A DNA stretch of 64,000 nucleotides from an uncultured Planctomycetaceae bacterium. Lineage in GTDB: Bacteria; Planctomycetota; Planctomycetia; Pirellulales; Thermoguttaceae. Location: NCBI GenBank assembly GCA_963823895.1, contig CAWGNG010000031.1, positions 148,214 to 212,213 on the forward strand, read 5' to 3'. The first letter of the stretch is position 1. Every line of letters begins with the position of its first letter. Below are positions 1 to 8,307 of the stretch, one piece after another. A program made the position numbers and the translations under genes. The notes under the pieces were generated by a model that searched no databases, was not told where the DNA came from, and saw nothing but the letters and a program-made list of their open reading frames with translations.

Positions 1-19
1 AATCGCATTATCTCGGGGC

Positions 20-766
20 ATGAGTCAGCCGATTTCGGCCTTGAACAGGCCCAACGAATCGCCGGGTTGGCTGCCAGCAAGAGTGGGGCATGACGTAACC
101 CTAGAAGAAAGTGGAATACCAATGAACAGCCTTGCTGTGGTCGCCCATCACGATGATGTCATTTTATGGATGGGAGGGACGGTACAACACTTGCGGTCCC
201 TGGGGTGGAACTGGCACGTAGTGTGTTTCTGTACCCATAATCTCCCCGACCGCAAACAATACTTCGAGCGACTATGCGCAGCCCTTGGAGTTAAGCACAC
301 GGTATTCGAGTTTGACGACTACCCGGGCGGGAAGTGTTTTGCACAGAACAGTTGCGAGGAAATGACGACCGCGCTTGTCAAGGCTGTCGCAGGTGAAAAG
401 TTCGACTTGGTTTTCACGCATAGCCCAACAGGCGAATACGGCTGGCACGCGAATCATGGCGAGGTTGCCGAAGTCGTGACGGCTCTGGTCAAGGGTGGCA
501 GTCTCACTACTGGATTAGACAGGCTTGCGTACTTCTGCTACGCCCCCTTTTGCGGTCGTCTTGCTACGGTAGCCAGAACCGACGCTACCCATTACTTGCA
601 GTTGACCTACGAGGAACTGTACTTTAAGTGCCGTTGGTGCAAGGATGTTCCCGATCCTTACAACCTCAAAGGCATCGGGTTTGCTTGTCCTAATCCAGAA
701 GCCTTTTGGGGAGAGAGATTGACGCTTCCGATTCCTCCGTTCATAGCTGGCCAGCCGCGACAATGA
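20..766 (+). CDS. PIG-L/LmbE-family deacetylase
   Basis: 248-aa ORF. VVAHHDDVILWMGGT matches the AHPDD..GG signature of PIG-L/LmbE N-acetylglucosaminyl deacetylases, with downstream FTHSPTGEYGWHANH. Lies in an AT-richer stretch. Confidence 0.75.
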   Translation: MSQPISALNRPNESPGWLPARVGHDVTLEESGIPMNSLAVVAHHDDVILWMGGTVQHLRSLGWNWHVVCFCTHNLPDRKQYFERLCAALGVKHTVFEFDDYPGGKCFAQNSCEEMTTALVKAVAGEKFDLVFTHSPTGEYGWHANHGEVAEVVTALVKGGSLTTGLDRLAYFCYAPFCGRLATVARTDATHYLQLTYEELYFKCRWCKDVPDPYNLKGIGFACPNPEAFWGERLTLPIPPFIAGQPRQ

Positions 767-827
767 ACCCCGGAAGCCAAGCGGCTGCCTTACCGTGATA
801 CTGGCAGCCGTGATTCTTCTTCGGTAG

Positions 828-901
828 CAAAAAAAGTCTGCCCGGCAATGAATCGCGGCCCGATGGGGCAGGAATCGGGCACGCCCACGGCCGGGCAGAC
901 T
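828..901 (-). terminator. Candidate intrinsic terminator of the PEP-CTERM gene
   Basis: Perfect 12-bp stem AGTCTGCCCGGC (835-846) / GCCGGGCAGACT (890-901) with an inner CCCGAT/ATCGGG helix. On the minus strand it is followed by a T7 tract (828-834). Sits between convergent stop codons at 766 and 931. Confidence 0.45.
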
Positions 902-930
902 CGATCAGGCTACCACTTTGCGGGTGGCTG

Positions 931-1695
931 TCAACCTCTTCGGCTTCGCCAAGCCAATACGCCAATAGCACCGACGCCCAACAGGATGAGGGTAGACGGT
1001 TCGGGGATACCTTGAATCTGGTCGGCTTCCACAACAAGGTTGTTGTAGCTAATATCCAGTGACGTGGTAGACCGTCCAGAATCGGGCGAATTCTCGCCCT
1101 GTGCGGCAAGAAGTTGTATGTTCATCGGGTCAGAGAACCCATCGACGCTGCCAAGCACCGTGAAAGAGGAACTGCCGGGATCAGCGAAAGATTGCGTGAT
1201 AATACTCCCAACCCGCTGGATACAGTAGCAACCGGTTGTTAGAAAAGAAACCTGGGCTCCATAAGTGCTGCCGGGAGGAACAGCCCAACCTTCAATTATG
1301 CTCTCACCTCCATATTCACCGACGGTGTATCTCAGGACATCCGCATAAGACTGGGAGTTTGCAACGACAGAAAGAACTGATTCGTTCAACCCCTCAACTT
1401 GATTTGGAAACGGAAAATCCGTCAAGGTAAAATCCACGGTAATGGAAAAATTGCCTACAACGCTGAAATTGGAGTTGACCCCCGCCGACACCCAACTCTG
1501 CGGTGCAACTGTACCGTTATCGGCGGTCTTGGAAATTCTAAGACCTGACCCATCTGTTGCGACATTAAAAAGCCCGCTGTCATTGGAGACTGAAAAATAG
1601 GGGCCGATACCGGAGCTAAAATCAAAGTCTACGGTCTCCCCGTTGGCCCATTGAGTAAACGACAATAGTACCGTCACCGCTACAAGTTGTCTCAT
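931..1695 (-). CDS. PEP-CTERM sorting-domain secreted protein
   Basis: C-terminus IPEPSTLILLGVGAIGVLAWRSRRG has the PEP motif, a TM helix and a basic tail. Start chosen at the ATG at 1695 (MRQLVAVTVLLSF signal peptide), preceded by AAGGAAGG. The ORF track extends to 1776. Confidence 0.8.
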   Translation of the reverse strand: MRQLVAVTVLLSFTQWANGETVDFDFSSGIGPYFSVSNDSGLFNVATDGSGLRISKTADNGTVAPQSWVSAGVNSNFSVVGNFSITVDFTLTDFPFPNQVEGLNESVLSVVANSQSYADVLRYTVGEYGGESIIEGWAVPPGSTYGAQVSFLTTGCYCIQRVGSIITQSFADPGSSSFTVLGSVDGFSDPMNIQLLAAQGENSPDSGRSTTSLDISYNNLVVEADQIQGIPEPSTLILLGVGAIGVLAWRSRRG

Positions 1696-1779
1696 TTCAC
1701 ACCTTCCTTGAGTTTGTGCCCTGGAATCGAGAAACCAGCCGATCATGGTGACACGCCCCACGTGTTTGTCAAGCACCCC

Positions 1780-3250
1780 AAGCTGTAAGCTATGATTATT
1801 GATTCTATGAAAGAGCGGCCCTCCTGGTGCTATACACGGTGTAGTAGTCGTTTTTACTCACCCAAAGCACAGCCAGGAGGACCGAGAGATGTTATACCTC
1901 GCAATCGACCAACATCGCAAGCAGTTGACCGTGAATCTTCGCAATGAACAGGGCGACGTGCTCGTGAAACGTCAGGTCAGCACGGAATGGCCGCGAGTAC
2001 GGAGTTTTCTGGATGAAGTGCGCGAAATGAGCGTGTCGGAAGGAGGATTTATAGCGATCCTGGAGGTCTGCGGCTTCAATGACTGGCTGCTGAAACTCCT
2101 GGCCGAGTACGGCTGCCGAGAGACGATTCTGATCCAGCCCGAGAAGCGATCGAAGAAGAAGACGGACCGTCGAGACGCCTATGCGTTGGGCGAACTCTTG
2201 TGGGTCAATCGTCAGCGGCTGTTGGCGGGCAAGAAGGTCCAGGGGATTCGCCGCATCCAGTTGCCGACCGACCGCGAGGCCGAAGACAGGCAACTGACGG
2301 CGGTGCGGCAACGAATGGGCCGCCAGCGGACGCGGACGATCAACAAGATCAAACATCTGCTGCGGAAACACAACCTCGAACAACAGCAGCCGGCCAAGGG
2401 GCTGGATACGCAACGGACGCGGAAATGGCTGGCGACGTTGCCGCTGGAACCAATCGACCGCCTGGAAAAGGACTTGCTGCTGGCGCAATGGAAGTTGTGG
2501 GACGATCAGCTTGCAAGGTTGGAGTTGGAGATCGAAAAGCGGCAAGCGAAGAATGCGATGGCGGCAGTGCTGGCGACGATTCCCGGCTGCGCGGCCTATG
2601 GCAGTTTGGCGTTGGCCTCGCGGATCGGTTCGATCGAGCGATTTCCGCGGCCGGCGAGTTTGGCGAACTACTGGGGCCTGACGCCCGGCTGCCGCAACTC
2701 GGGCGAAGCAACCGATCGACTCGGCTCGATCACCAAACAAGGCAGCGCGATGGCGCGATTCGTCCTTGGCCACATGGTCCTGCACGTGCTGCGGCGTGAT
2801 GCGCGGATGAAGGCATGGCACGGTCGGATCAAGCGACGGCGCGGGTCGAAGATCGCGCGGGTGGCGGTGATGCGCCGACTGGCGACGATCATTTGGCACA
2901 TGGTGAAACACCACGAGCCTTACGCGGTAGGCGGTCCGCCGCAGCGAAAGCCGTCGGCCCAGGCCGCGTGAGTTTGTACGAAGAGGAATACCGGAGGGTG
3001 TCTTGCGACATCGGATTTTCGGAGGCATGGTAGGGCAAATGAATGAGACCGGAAAACAAGAACAGCCCTGGCAGCGCACGCCACCAGGGCCTTACGGGTC
3101 ATTCACCCGCCCTAGCCCGGCTATTCCTTGTCGGGTTGCGTCCCCGCAGAGCCCGACTCCGCTTCACCGGACAAAACCATTATAGAACAAGAGAGGAACG
3201 GACGGAGAGAGAACGACGGTTGCATCGGCCCTTCCTCCGGGAAGAGGCCC
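1780..3250 (+). mobile_element. IS110-family insertion sequence (ends not resolved)
   Basis: Single DEDD-type transposase gene with non-coding flanks. IS110 elements lack classical terminal inverted repeats, so the boundaries are approximate guesses. Confidence 0.4.
1889..2971 (+). CDS. IS110 family transposase
   Basis: 360 aa. N-terminal LAIDQHRKQL (DEDD_Tnp_IS110-like) and C-terminal IPGCAAYGSLALASRIGSIERF...YWGLTPGCRNSGEATDRLGSITKQGSAMAR (Transposase_20-like). AGGAGG lies upstream of the ATG. Confidence 0.9.
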   Translation: MLYLAIDQHRKQLTVNLRNEQGDVLVKRQVSTEWPRVRSFLDEVREMSVSEGGFIAILEVCGFNDWLLKLLAEYGCRETILIQPEKRSKKKTDRRDAYALGELLWVNRQRLLAGKKVQGIRRIQLPTDREAEDRQLTAVRQRMGRQRTRTINKIKHLLRKHNLEQQQPAKGLDTQRTRKWLATLPLEPIDRLEKDLLLAQWKLWDDQLARLELEIEKRQAKNAMAAVLATIPGCAAYGSLALASRIGSIERFPRPASLANYWGLTPGCRNSGEATDRLGSITKQGSAMARFVLGHMVLHVLRRDARMKAWHGRIKRRRGSKIARVAVMRRLATIIWHMVKHHEPYAVGGPPQRKPSAQAA

Positions 3251-3702
3251 TCGCAGACGCTGATGCCAGTCTGAGTGTCCCCGTGGACTCGGCCTTGGTT
3301 GCCGAGCGTAATTCTGATTGAGACGGCTGGCGTTTGCGAGACGGTCGCAGAAGAATACTCGGTGTCAGGCCCTTACGGGCTTGACCGGCTGCCGGTTTCG
3401 GCAGACGGATTCACGAAGGGATGGATAGGGGTGCCGCCGCACGAGAAAAGAACGGCGCGAACAACCTCGCAACAAAATGACCGCGACAACCACGTTCCAA
3501 AACCGATTCCTCAACGAGTCCCAAACGAAAGTGATCGAAAAGAAGCCCTACCGGGCTTCGGCGCGAACCGTGCGCGAAAAAATCCGCCAGGCGGCCCTTG
3601 ACACAAAAGGCTCTTTCAGGGAGGGGACACCACAACCAATAGGAGAGTTAATCATGCAATGGAAACAAGGCGACAGAGCTAGAGCCCTTTTGGCGGTGAC
3701 AA

Positions 3703-4173
3703 TCACCGCTGACCCCAGCGGTGGAACCGCCCAGGTCCGTATTGATGGAATCGCCCAGCAGTTCCAAGTACCGTTGGACCAACTACGCCCGATGTCGTCA
3801 GATAGCCGGGATGAATCCGGCTCTTGGGGGAGGGCTTCTCTTTCTTGTCTCGATACTTTGCCGGAAACCCAGTGCAAAAATCAAACAGTAGATCGGCCCT
3901 CATGCGGTAGGTTTCCGGGTGGTCCGCCCGGATGCTGTCAAGATAGGCCATGCAGGCTTGCGTGACTGTCAGGGAGGAGTGGGTAGGCGGCTTAGGTGTT
4001 TCCGTGAGATAGCGGGCGTAGGCTTGCTTTGCCCCTTCCTTATCGTCCGCACTTTTGATATGATTTCCCTGTTCGTCACAGAGCGGTTTTGCCGATTTAC
4101 CATCGGTAATGTACCAGCCGCGATTCGCCCGGAACCAGTACCCTTTGTTGTGACTTCGCCGACAACGTGCCAT
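3703..4173 (-). pseudogene. Tyrosine-integrase N-terminal fragment
   Basis: MARCRRSHNKGYWFRANRGWYITDGKSAKPL...AKQAYARYL...LTVTQACMAYLD resembles the N-terminal arm/SAM-like region of phage-type integrases. Only about 125-155 aa are present and no catalytic domain follows. It sits next to tRNA-Cys. Confidence 0.5.
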
Positions 4174-4229
4174 GATTGCGACCCCGTTCAACAGTAGCTT
4201 GGGCAAAGCAGTGAAGGCAGAATGGCGTT

Positions 4230-4254
4230 ATTTACTGCCAGGAATTTACTGCCA
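4230..4254. repeat. Direct repeat 2 x ATTTACTGCCA
   Basis: Copies at 4230-4240 and 4244-4254, 14-nt register, between the integrase-fragment start and the tRNA-Cys 5' end. Possibly an arm-type or operator site. Confidence 0.4.
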
Positions 4255-4306
4255 AGCAACAATCATAACACGCAAGTCGTTTGTTTGCAATGAGTTATAG
4301 CGACAA

Positions 4307-4378
4307 GGCGCCGTAGCCAAGTGGCTAAGGCAGCGGATTGCAAATCCGCCATCGTGGGTCCGACTCCCACCGGCGCCT
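4307..4378 (+). tRNA. tRNA-Cys (GCA)
   Basis: Hand-folded cloverleaf: acceptor GGCGCCG/CGGCGCC, D arm GCC(A)/(A)GGC with A13-A22, anticodon stem GCGGA/TCCGC, loop TTGCAAA, T stem GTGGG/CCCAC. The T loop reads TCCGACT (C at position 55). No encoded CCA. Confidence 0.85.
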
Positions 4379-4401
4379 CTTCCTTTTTCCTGCGGATACG
4401 G

Positions 4402-4806
4402 TCACTTTGCCATTTCGACTCCCGCCGCCCGGATGTAATCGGAGAGACTGCTAAAGCCCTTCCGTTTCGCCACCACTTCCAACAGTGCCTTCTCCTCGGC
4501 CGTCAAACGGACGTTGACCTGCGCGGTTCGCCTGCCGTCGGTGGCCGGCGTCGGCGGCCGTTGGCCTTCCTCCAAGAGGTACGCCACGGCAGCGGTCAAA
4601 GCCTCCCGAGTGTTTTCGATGCACTGGTTGGCCGTCTTGCCGTCGCCGAAGACGCGGGGCATTTCCAAGCCACGGCCGTACCAGTGGCCATCCTCGCAAG
4701 CCAAAATGACTTGATACTCTTGGGCAATCGCCTTCGCCTTGGCCGCCACGTCGGCGTCAAAGGGGCGATCAACTGCCTTCGCAGATTTTTTCGACTTGTC
4801 GGACAT
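4402..4806 (-). CDS. hicB: HicB-family antitoxin (N-terminal HicB fold plus C-terminal RHH)
   Basis: 134 aa. YQVILACEDGHWYGRGLEMPRVFGDGKT..CIENTREAL matches the HicB core. C-terminal VNVRLTAEEKALLEVVAKRKGFSSLSDYIR is a CopG/RHH DNA-binding motif. Lies downstream of hicA. Confidence 0.85.
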   Translation of the reverse strand: MSDKSKKSAKAVDRPFDADVAAKAKAIAQEYQVILACEDGHWYGRGLEMPRVFGDGKTANQCIENTREALTAAVAYLLEEGQRPPTPATDGRRTAQVNVRLTAEEKALLEVVAKRKGFSSLSDYIRAAGVEMAK

Positions 4807-4963
4807 AGAAGGGTTTCACCTTTCCTTGATGGACCGGAATGGATAGCAGCGTTTCGCCCGGTTTGGCAAAGCAGTGGTGCGAACCGCTGACGCGAACCAG
4901 CCGATAGCCTGCCCGTTCCAACATCTTCTGGACTTCGCAAAACCTCGTTTCGCTCGGCATCAT
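4769..4963 (-). CDS. hicA: HicA-family mRNA interferase toxin
   Basis: 64 aa. KMLERAGYRLVRVSGSHHCFAKPGETLLSIPVHQGK is the YcfA/HicA motif (GSH...P.H). Overlaps the hicB start by 38 nt. Confidence 0.8.
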   Translation of the reverse strand: MMPSETRFCEVQKMLERAGYRLVRVSGSHHCFAKPGETLLSIPVHQGKVKPFYVRQVEKICEGS

Positions 4964-4979
4964 ATAAGTATACTCCTAC

Positions 4980-5688
4980 CTATACTATCGTCAAGACCCC
5001 TGGTTTGTCATAATTCGCCACGATTTGACACTTTACGAGCGTCGAGTCCTCGTGCAACACCGTGGGGTGCATCGAGCAGACGACCATCGCCGCCACAAAT
5101 GCCCCGCCGCCGCGCTCGCGCACAACGAGCACCGGGACCTCGCGGTCGCTTGGTCCGGCCGGATCGTGCCGATTCGTTCCGAGGCACGAGCCGTCGGCCG
5201 CGGCAAACCCGATCTCCGCGGGCCGGGCATTGCGAAACGCCCGCACCGCCGCGCGAACGATCCCGTCTTCCAGTTGCTCAACGTACTGCGGATCGGCTCG
5301 GGGAACCGCCGGATCACTCTCGTTGCTGAGCGTATCGACGGTCAGCGGGCCCGAATGCGTGTGGGTGGCGGTAATCATCACGTTGCCCGCCGGCACGCCC
5401 GTCTCCCGCTCGATTCGATCGCGAACCCGCCCGCCCGGCCGTCTGTCGGCCGATGTAGATTACGTCGTTGGCGACCCACAGCAGCGACGTCGCGCCGTCG
5501 CCGAGGAACAGGGCCGAACTGAGCAGCCGATCGTGGACGCCCGTGCTATAGCGGCGGACGTGCGGATAGCCGAAGAGGAACTGCGAACGATCGGGAGTGA
5601 CGTCGGCCGTCGCCGCGCCCGCAATCACGCCTGCTGCCATGAGTGGTTCACGTCCCAAAGTCGGCATTGATTCGCCACTGTTTGACAA
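4980..5688 (-). pseudogene. Neutral/alkaline ceramidase-like gene: frameshifted and 3'-truncated
   Basis: Two ORFs (5314-5688 and 4980-5396) join as ...VANDVIYIGRQTAGR / VRDRIERETGVPAGNVMITATHTHSGP..., an N-terminal ceramidase-like pattern. The shift lies in a G/C run near 5425-5432. Homology ends near 5035, where AT-rich islet sequence begins. Confidence 0.55.
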
Positions 5689-5710
5689 TTCACCGCGGCG
5701 TGTTCATAAT
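5682..5710 (+). promoter_or_regulatory. Sigma-70-like promoter upstream of the DeoR gene
   Basis: TTGACA (5682-5687), 17-nt spacer, CATAAT (5705-5710), 35 nt upstream of the ATG at 5745. Confidence 0.4.
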
Positions 5711-5744
5711 TACCAGAGTGTACCACCGTCATCGGGGTGTGTCA

Positions 5745-6509
5745 ATGAACCAGGTCGTGCGGCGGAAGCAGATGTGCGAACTGATCGCCCGGCGGGGCGA
5801 ATGCTCGATCGAGCAGTTGATGGAGCGGTTCGGCGTCAGCGGAATGACGGTCCGTCGCGACCTGCAATCGCTGGCCGAGCAGGGCAAGGTGATCCGCACG
5901 CACGGCGGCGCGGCCATGGCCGAGCGGATCAGCTTCGAGTTCGAGTTCCTCAACCGGGTCCGCGAACATCACGCCGCCAAGGAGGCGATCGCTGCAGCGG
6001 CGGCCGTGCAAATTAAGGACGGCGAGTCGGTCATGCTCGACTCGGGCACCACGACGCTCGAATTGGCCAAGCGACTGCGCGGGAGGGCGGGGCTGACCGT
6101 CATTACCTCCTCGCTACCGATTGCCGCCCACTTGCAGTATGACCGGCAAATCGAAGTCCTGCTGCTCGGCGGGCGATTGCGGGCGTCCTCGCCCGATTTG
6201 GCCGGGGCACTAGCCGAGTCGAATCTGGAAACACTCCGGGCCGACATGGCATTCCTCGGGGCCGACGCCGTGGACGGCCACGGGGCCGTCTATCAAGGGT
6301 CGCCCGAGTTGGCGCGGATGTTGACCAAAATGGCCGCCTCGGCCGGACGGGTCTTCGTGGTTGCCGACGGCTCGAAGCTGGGCAAGACCGCCTTGTGGCG
6401 ATTCGGCCGCCTCGCCGATTGGGCCGCCCTGATCACCGACGCCTCGGCAGACCGCTCGGTCCTCGCCGCTCTCAAGAAGGCCGGCGTTCGCGTCATTCGA
6501 GCCGGGTAA
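5745..6509 (+). CDS. DeoR/GlpR-family transcriptional regulator
   Basis: MNQVVRRKQMCELIARRGECSIEQLMERFGVSGMTVRRDLQSLAEQGKVIRTHGGA is the DeoR HTH. The C-terminal sugar-phosphate sensor pattern is MLDSGTTT...ITSSLPIA...ADKLG-like. Confidence 0.9.
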   Translation: MNQVVRRKQMCELIARRGECSIEQLMERFGVSGMTVRRDLQSLAEQGKVIRTHGGAAMAERISFEFEFLNRVREHHAAKEAIAAAAAVQIKDGESVMLDSGTTTLELAKRLRGRAGLTVITSSLPIAAHLQYDRQIEVLLLGGRLRASSPDLAGALAESNLETLRADMAFLGADAVDGHGAVYQGSPELARMLTKMAASAGRVFVVADGSKLGKTALWRFGRLADWAALITDASADRSVLAALKKAGVRVIRAG

Positions 6510-6519
6510 ACGAGGCGGC

Positions 6520-6548
6520 TTGACACTGTGATTGTTGGTGTTTAGAAT
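6520..6548 (+). promoter_or_regulatory. Sigma-70-like promoter upstream of the aminotransferase gene
   Basis: TTGACA (6520-6525), 17-nt spacer, TAGAAT (6543-6548), about 50 nt upstream of the ORF start. Confidence 0.45.
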
Positions 6549-6595
6549 GCACACAAATTACCATATGTGAGCATCCCCGATAACGAGCGGACGTC

Positions 6596-7663
6596 ATGGG
6601 GCGCAGCGGCTTCTCCAGCCTGAAATGGGGCAAGGTGAACCTGAGCGCCTGCCCGGCGATCTCGGTTCTGCCGCCGGGGCCGAAATCCGACGAGTTCCAC
6701 TGCCGGTGCAGCAAGTACTTCAAAGGGCTGAGCACCCAGGTGAAGCTCTTTCCCGTCGCGTTCGAGTCGGGCGAGGGCTGCGTCCTGGTCGACGTTGACG
6801 GCAACCGCTACATCGACTTTTCCTCGGGCATCTACGTGACCACGCTCGGCCATTGCCACCCCAAGGTGAGCGAGGCGGTGGCCAAGTACACCCGGCAGTT
6901 GATGAACGCCCACGACTTCACCACGCCGGTGAAGACGCGGTTGGTGGAAAAGCTCGCCGGGGTGTTGCCGGGCGATTTCGGCGGGTTCCAGCTCTACGAC
7001 GCGGGCACCGCCGCGGTCGAAGCGGGGATGAGGGTGCTGCGGGCGGCCAGCGGCCACAACGAGATGCTCAGTTGCTTCAACGACTTCCACGGCAAGACCT
7101 ACGGGGCTGTCTCGTTGGCGCAGATTCGCTCGCCCGTCTACGGCCGCGTGCGGATGCCGGGGGCTCACATGCTGCCGCGTCCCAACCCGTACCATCCGCT
7201 TTGGACCAAGCCCGACGGCACGATCGACACCGACCGCTACATCACCTTCTACGACGATTATATGCTGAGAGCAACGACCGGCGACGTGGCCGGTTTCGTG
7301 CTCGAACCGATCCTGGGCTGGGCGGGCTCGGTGATGCCGTCCGACGACTTCTTCCCCAAGCTCCGCCAGTATTGCGTCGAAAAGGGGCTGCTGCTGATGG
7401 CCGACGAAGTGCTCACGGGTTGGGGCCGCACCGGCAAGTGGCTCTGCATGGAACACTGGGGCGTCGTGCCCGACGTGGTGTCGATCGGCAAGGGTTTTGG
7501 CAATGGTTTTCCGGTCACATGCGTGCCGGTGCGCGAGCCGTTTGCCGAGAGCTTCGAGAAGATTTCGGCATCGACCGTCCGGCCATCGCCTTTTCACGGC
7601 GGCGTTGGAGTCGAAACGAACGGGAGCCACGGTCACGATTCATTGAGAGTCCGTTCCGAATAG
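6596..7663 (+). CDS. Class III (acetylornithine/GABA-type) aminotransferase, apparently 3'-truncated
   Basis: VDVDGNRYIDFSSGIYVTTLGHCHP, DEVLTGWGRTGKW and SIGKGFGNGFP (PLP lysine) match class III aminotransferases. After ...KISAST the sequence diverges and stops. Roughly the last quarter of a typical family member is missing, and a palindromic repeat follows. Confidence 0.75.
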   Translation: MGRSGFSSLKWGKVNLSACPAISVLPPGPKSDEFHCRCSKYFKGLSTQVKLFPVAFESGEGCVLVDVDGNRYIDFSSGIYVTTLGHCHPKVSEAVAKYTRQLMNAHDFTTPVKTRLVEKLAGVLPGDFGGFQLYDAGTAAVEAGMRVLRAASGHNEMLSCFNDFHGKTYGAVSLAQIRSPVYGRVRMPGAHMLPRPNPYHPLWTKPDGTIDTDRYITFYDDYMLRATTGDVAGFVLEPILGWAGSVMPSDDFFPKLRQYCVEKGLLLMADEVLTGWGRTGKWLCMEHWGVVPDVVSIGKGFGNGFPVTCVPVREPFAESFEKISASTVRPSPFHGGVGVETNGSHGHDSLRVRSE

Positions 7664-7708
7664 CTGGGAGGTAACGCCACAGCGCTGACCTGACGACTGT
7701 AAAGCCCA

Positions 7709-7876
7709 CCACGGAGACGTGGAGGACACTGAGAAGACGGACAGAAATGGACAGAAGCCGCAGATGAACGCAGATGGCGCGGTTTGGGACGCGAATTCTG
7801 CCGCCCGTGTCCGTGTTCATCCGCGTTTATCTGTGGTTCCGTTCGTTCCGCCTCAGTGTTCTCCGAGTCTCCGCGG
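7709..7876. repeat. Long imperfect palindrome (MITE-like), family K
   Basis: Left arm CCACGGAGACGTGGAGGACACTGAGAAGACGG...GCAGATGAAC mirrors right arm GTTCATCCGC...CCGCCTCAGTGTTCTCCGAGTCTCCGCGG. Confidence 0.6.
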
Positions 7877-8307
7877 CGGGGGTGGCGTTGTAGTGTCAGC
7901 TCCCGGCTTCTCATGCACGATATTGAGAATAATTGCATTTTCGCCGATAGCGTGCATTCTGTGAACGCTGCCGTGCGTGGTGGAACTCAAGGAGCTACCG
8001 GGCCGTGTGGAAGCAATCGCTGGGCTTGGCGTTGGGGGCATCAACTGTCTTTGTTCTCGCGGCCGTGCCCGCCGTGGCGGCATGGGCGCCCGCCGGCAGC
8101 GATCGATCGATTTCAGGCCGGGCTGCGCAGAATCAAAAATCCGTTGCGCAATGTCGCATGGACAAGCAGTGTCGCCCTGGAAGAAACTGAATTGTGTGCA
8201 TCTCTTCGTCCCCTGCGGAGCAGCATGTGGCCGCCATCCTGATGGCAGGGGGGAGGTGTTGCAGGGTCCGCGGACGTTGGTTCCTTTCTCCAATTTCGGA
8301 GGACGGC

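Noticed and set aside
3477-3965. 162-aa plus-strand ORF, with an internal ATG at 3655 after AGGAG
   Set aside because: No recognisable motifs. It overlaps the integrase fragment on the other strand and lies in a rearranged region. Evidence is insufficient to call a gene.
4769-4806. 38-nt overlap of hicA and hicB as a possible frameshift or mis-annotation
   Set aside because: Both ORFs are complete with family motifs, and hicB has no alternative in-frame start. Overlap is acceptable for toxin-antitoxin pairs.
6542-7636. 364-aa minus-strand ORF covering the aminotransferase gene
   Set aside because: Arg/Ala/Gly-rich translation with no motifs, and an exact antisense of a gene with clear class III aminotransferase motifs. 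This is a typical high-GC shadow ORF.
8005-8190. 61-aa ORF with a signal-peptide-like N-terminus (MWKQSLGLALGASTVFVLAAVPAVAAWA)
   Set aside because: Short, with no RBS or conservation evidence, in a repeat-rich non-coding stretch. It could be real but cannot be supported from the sequence alone.
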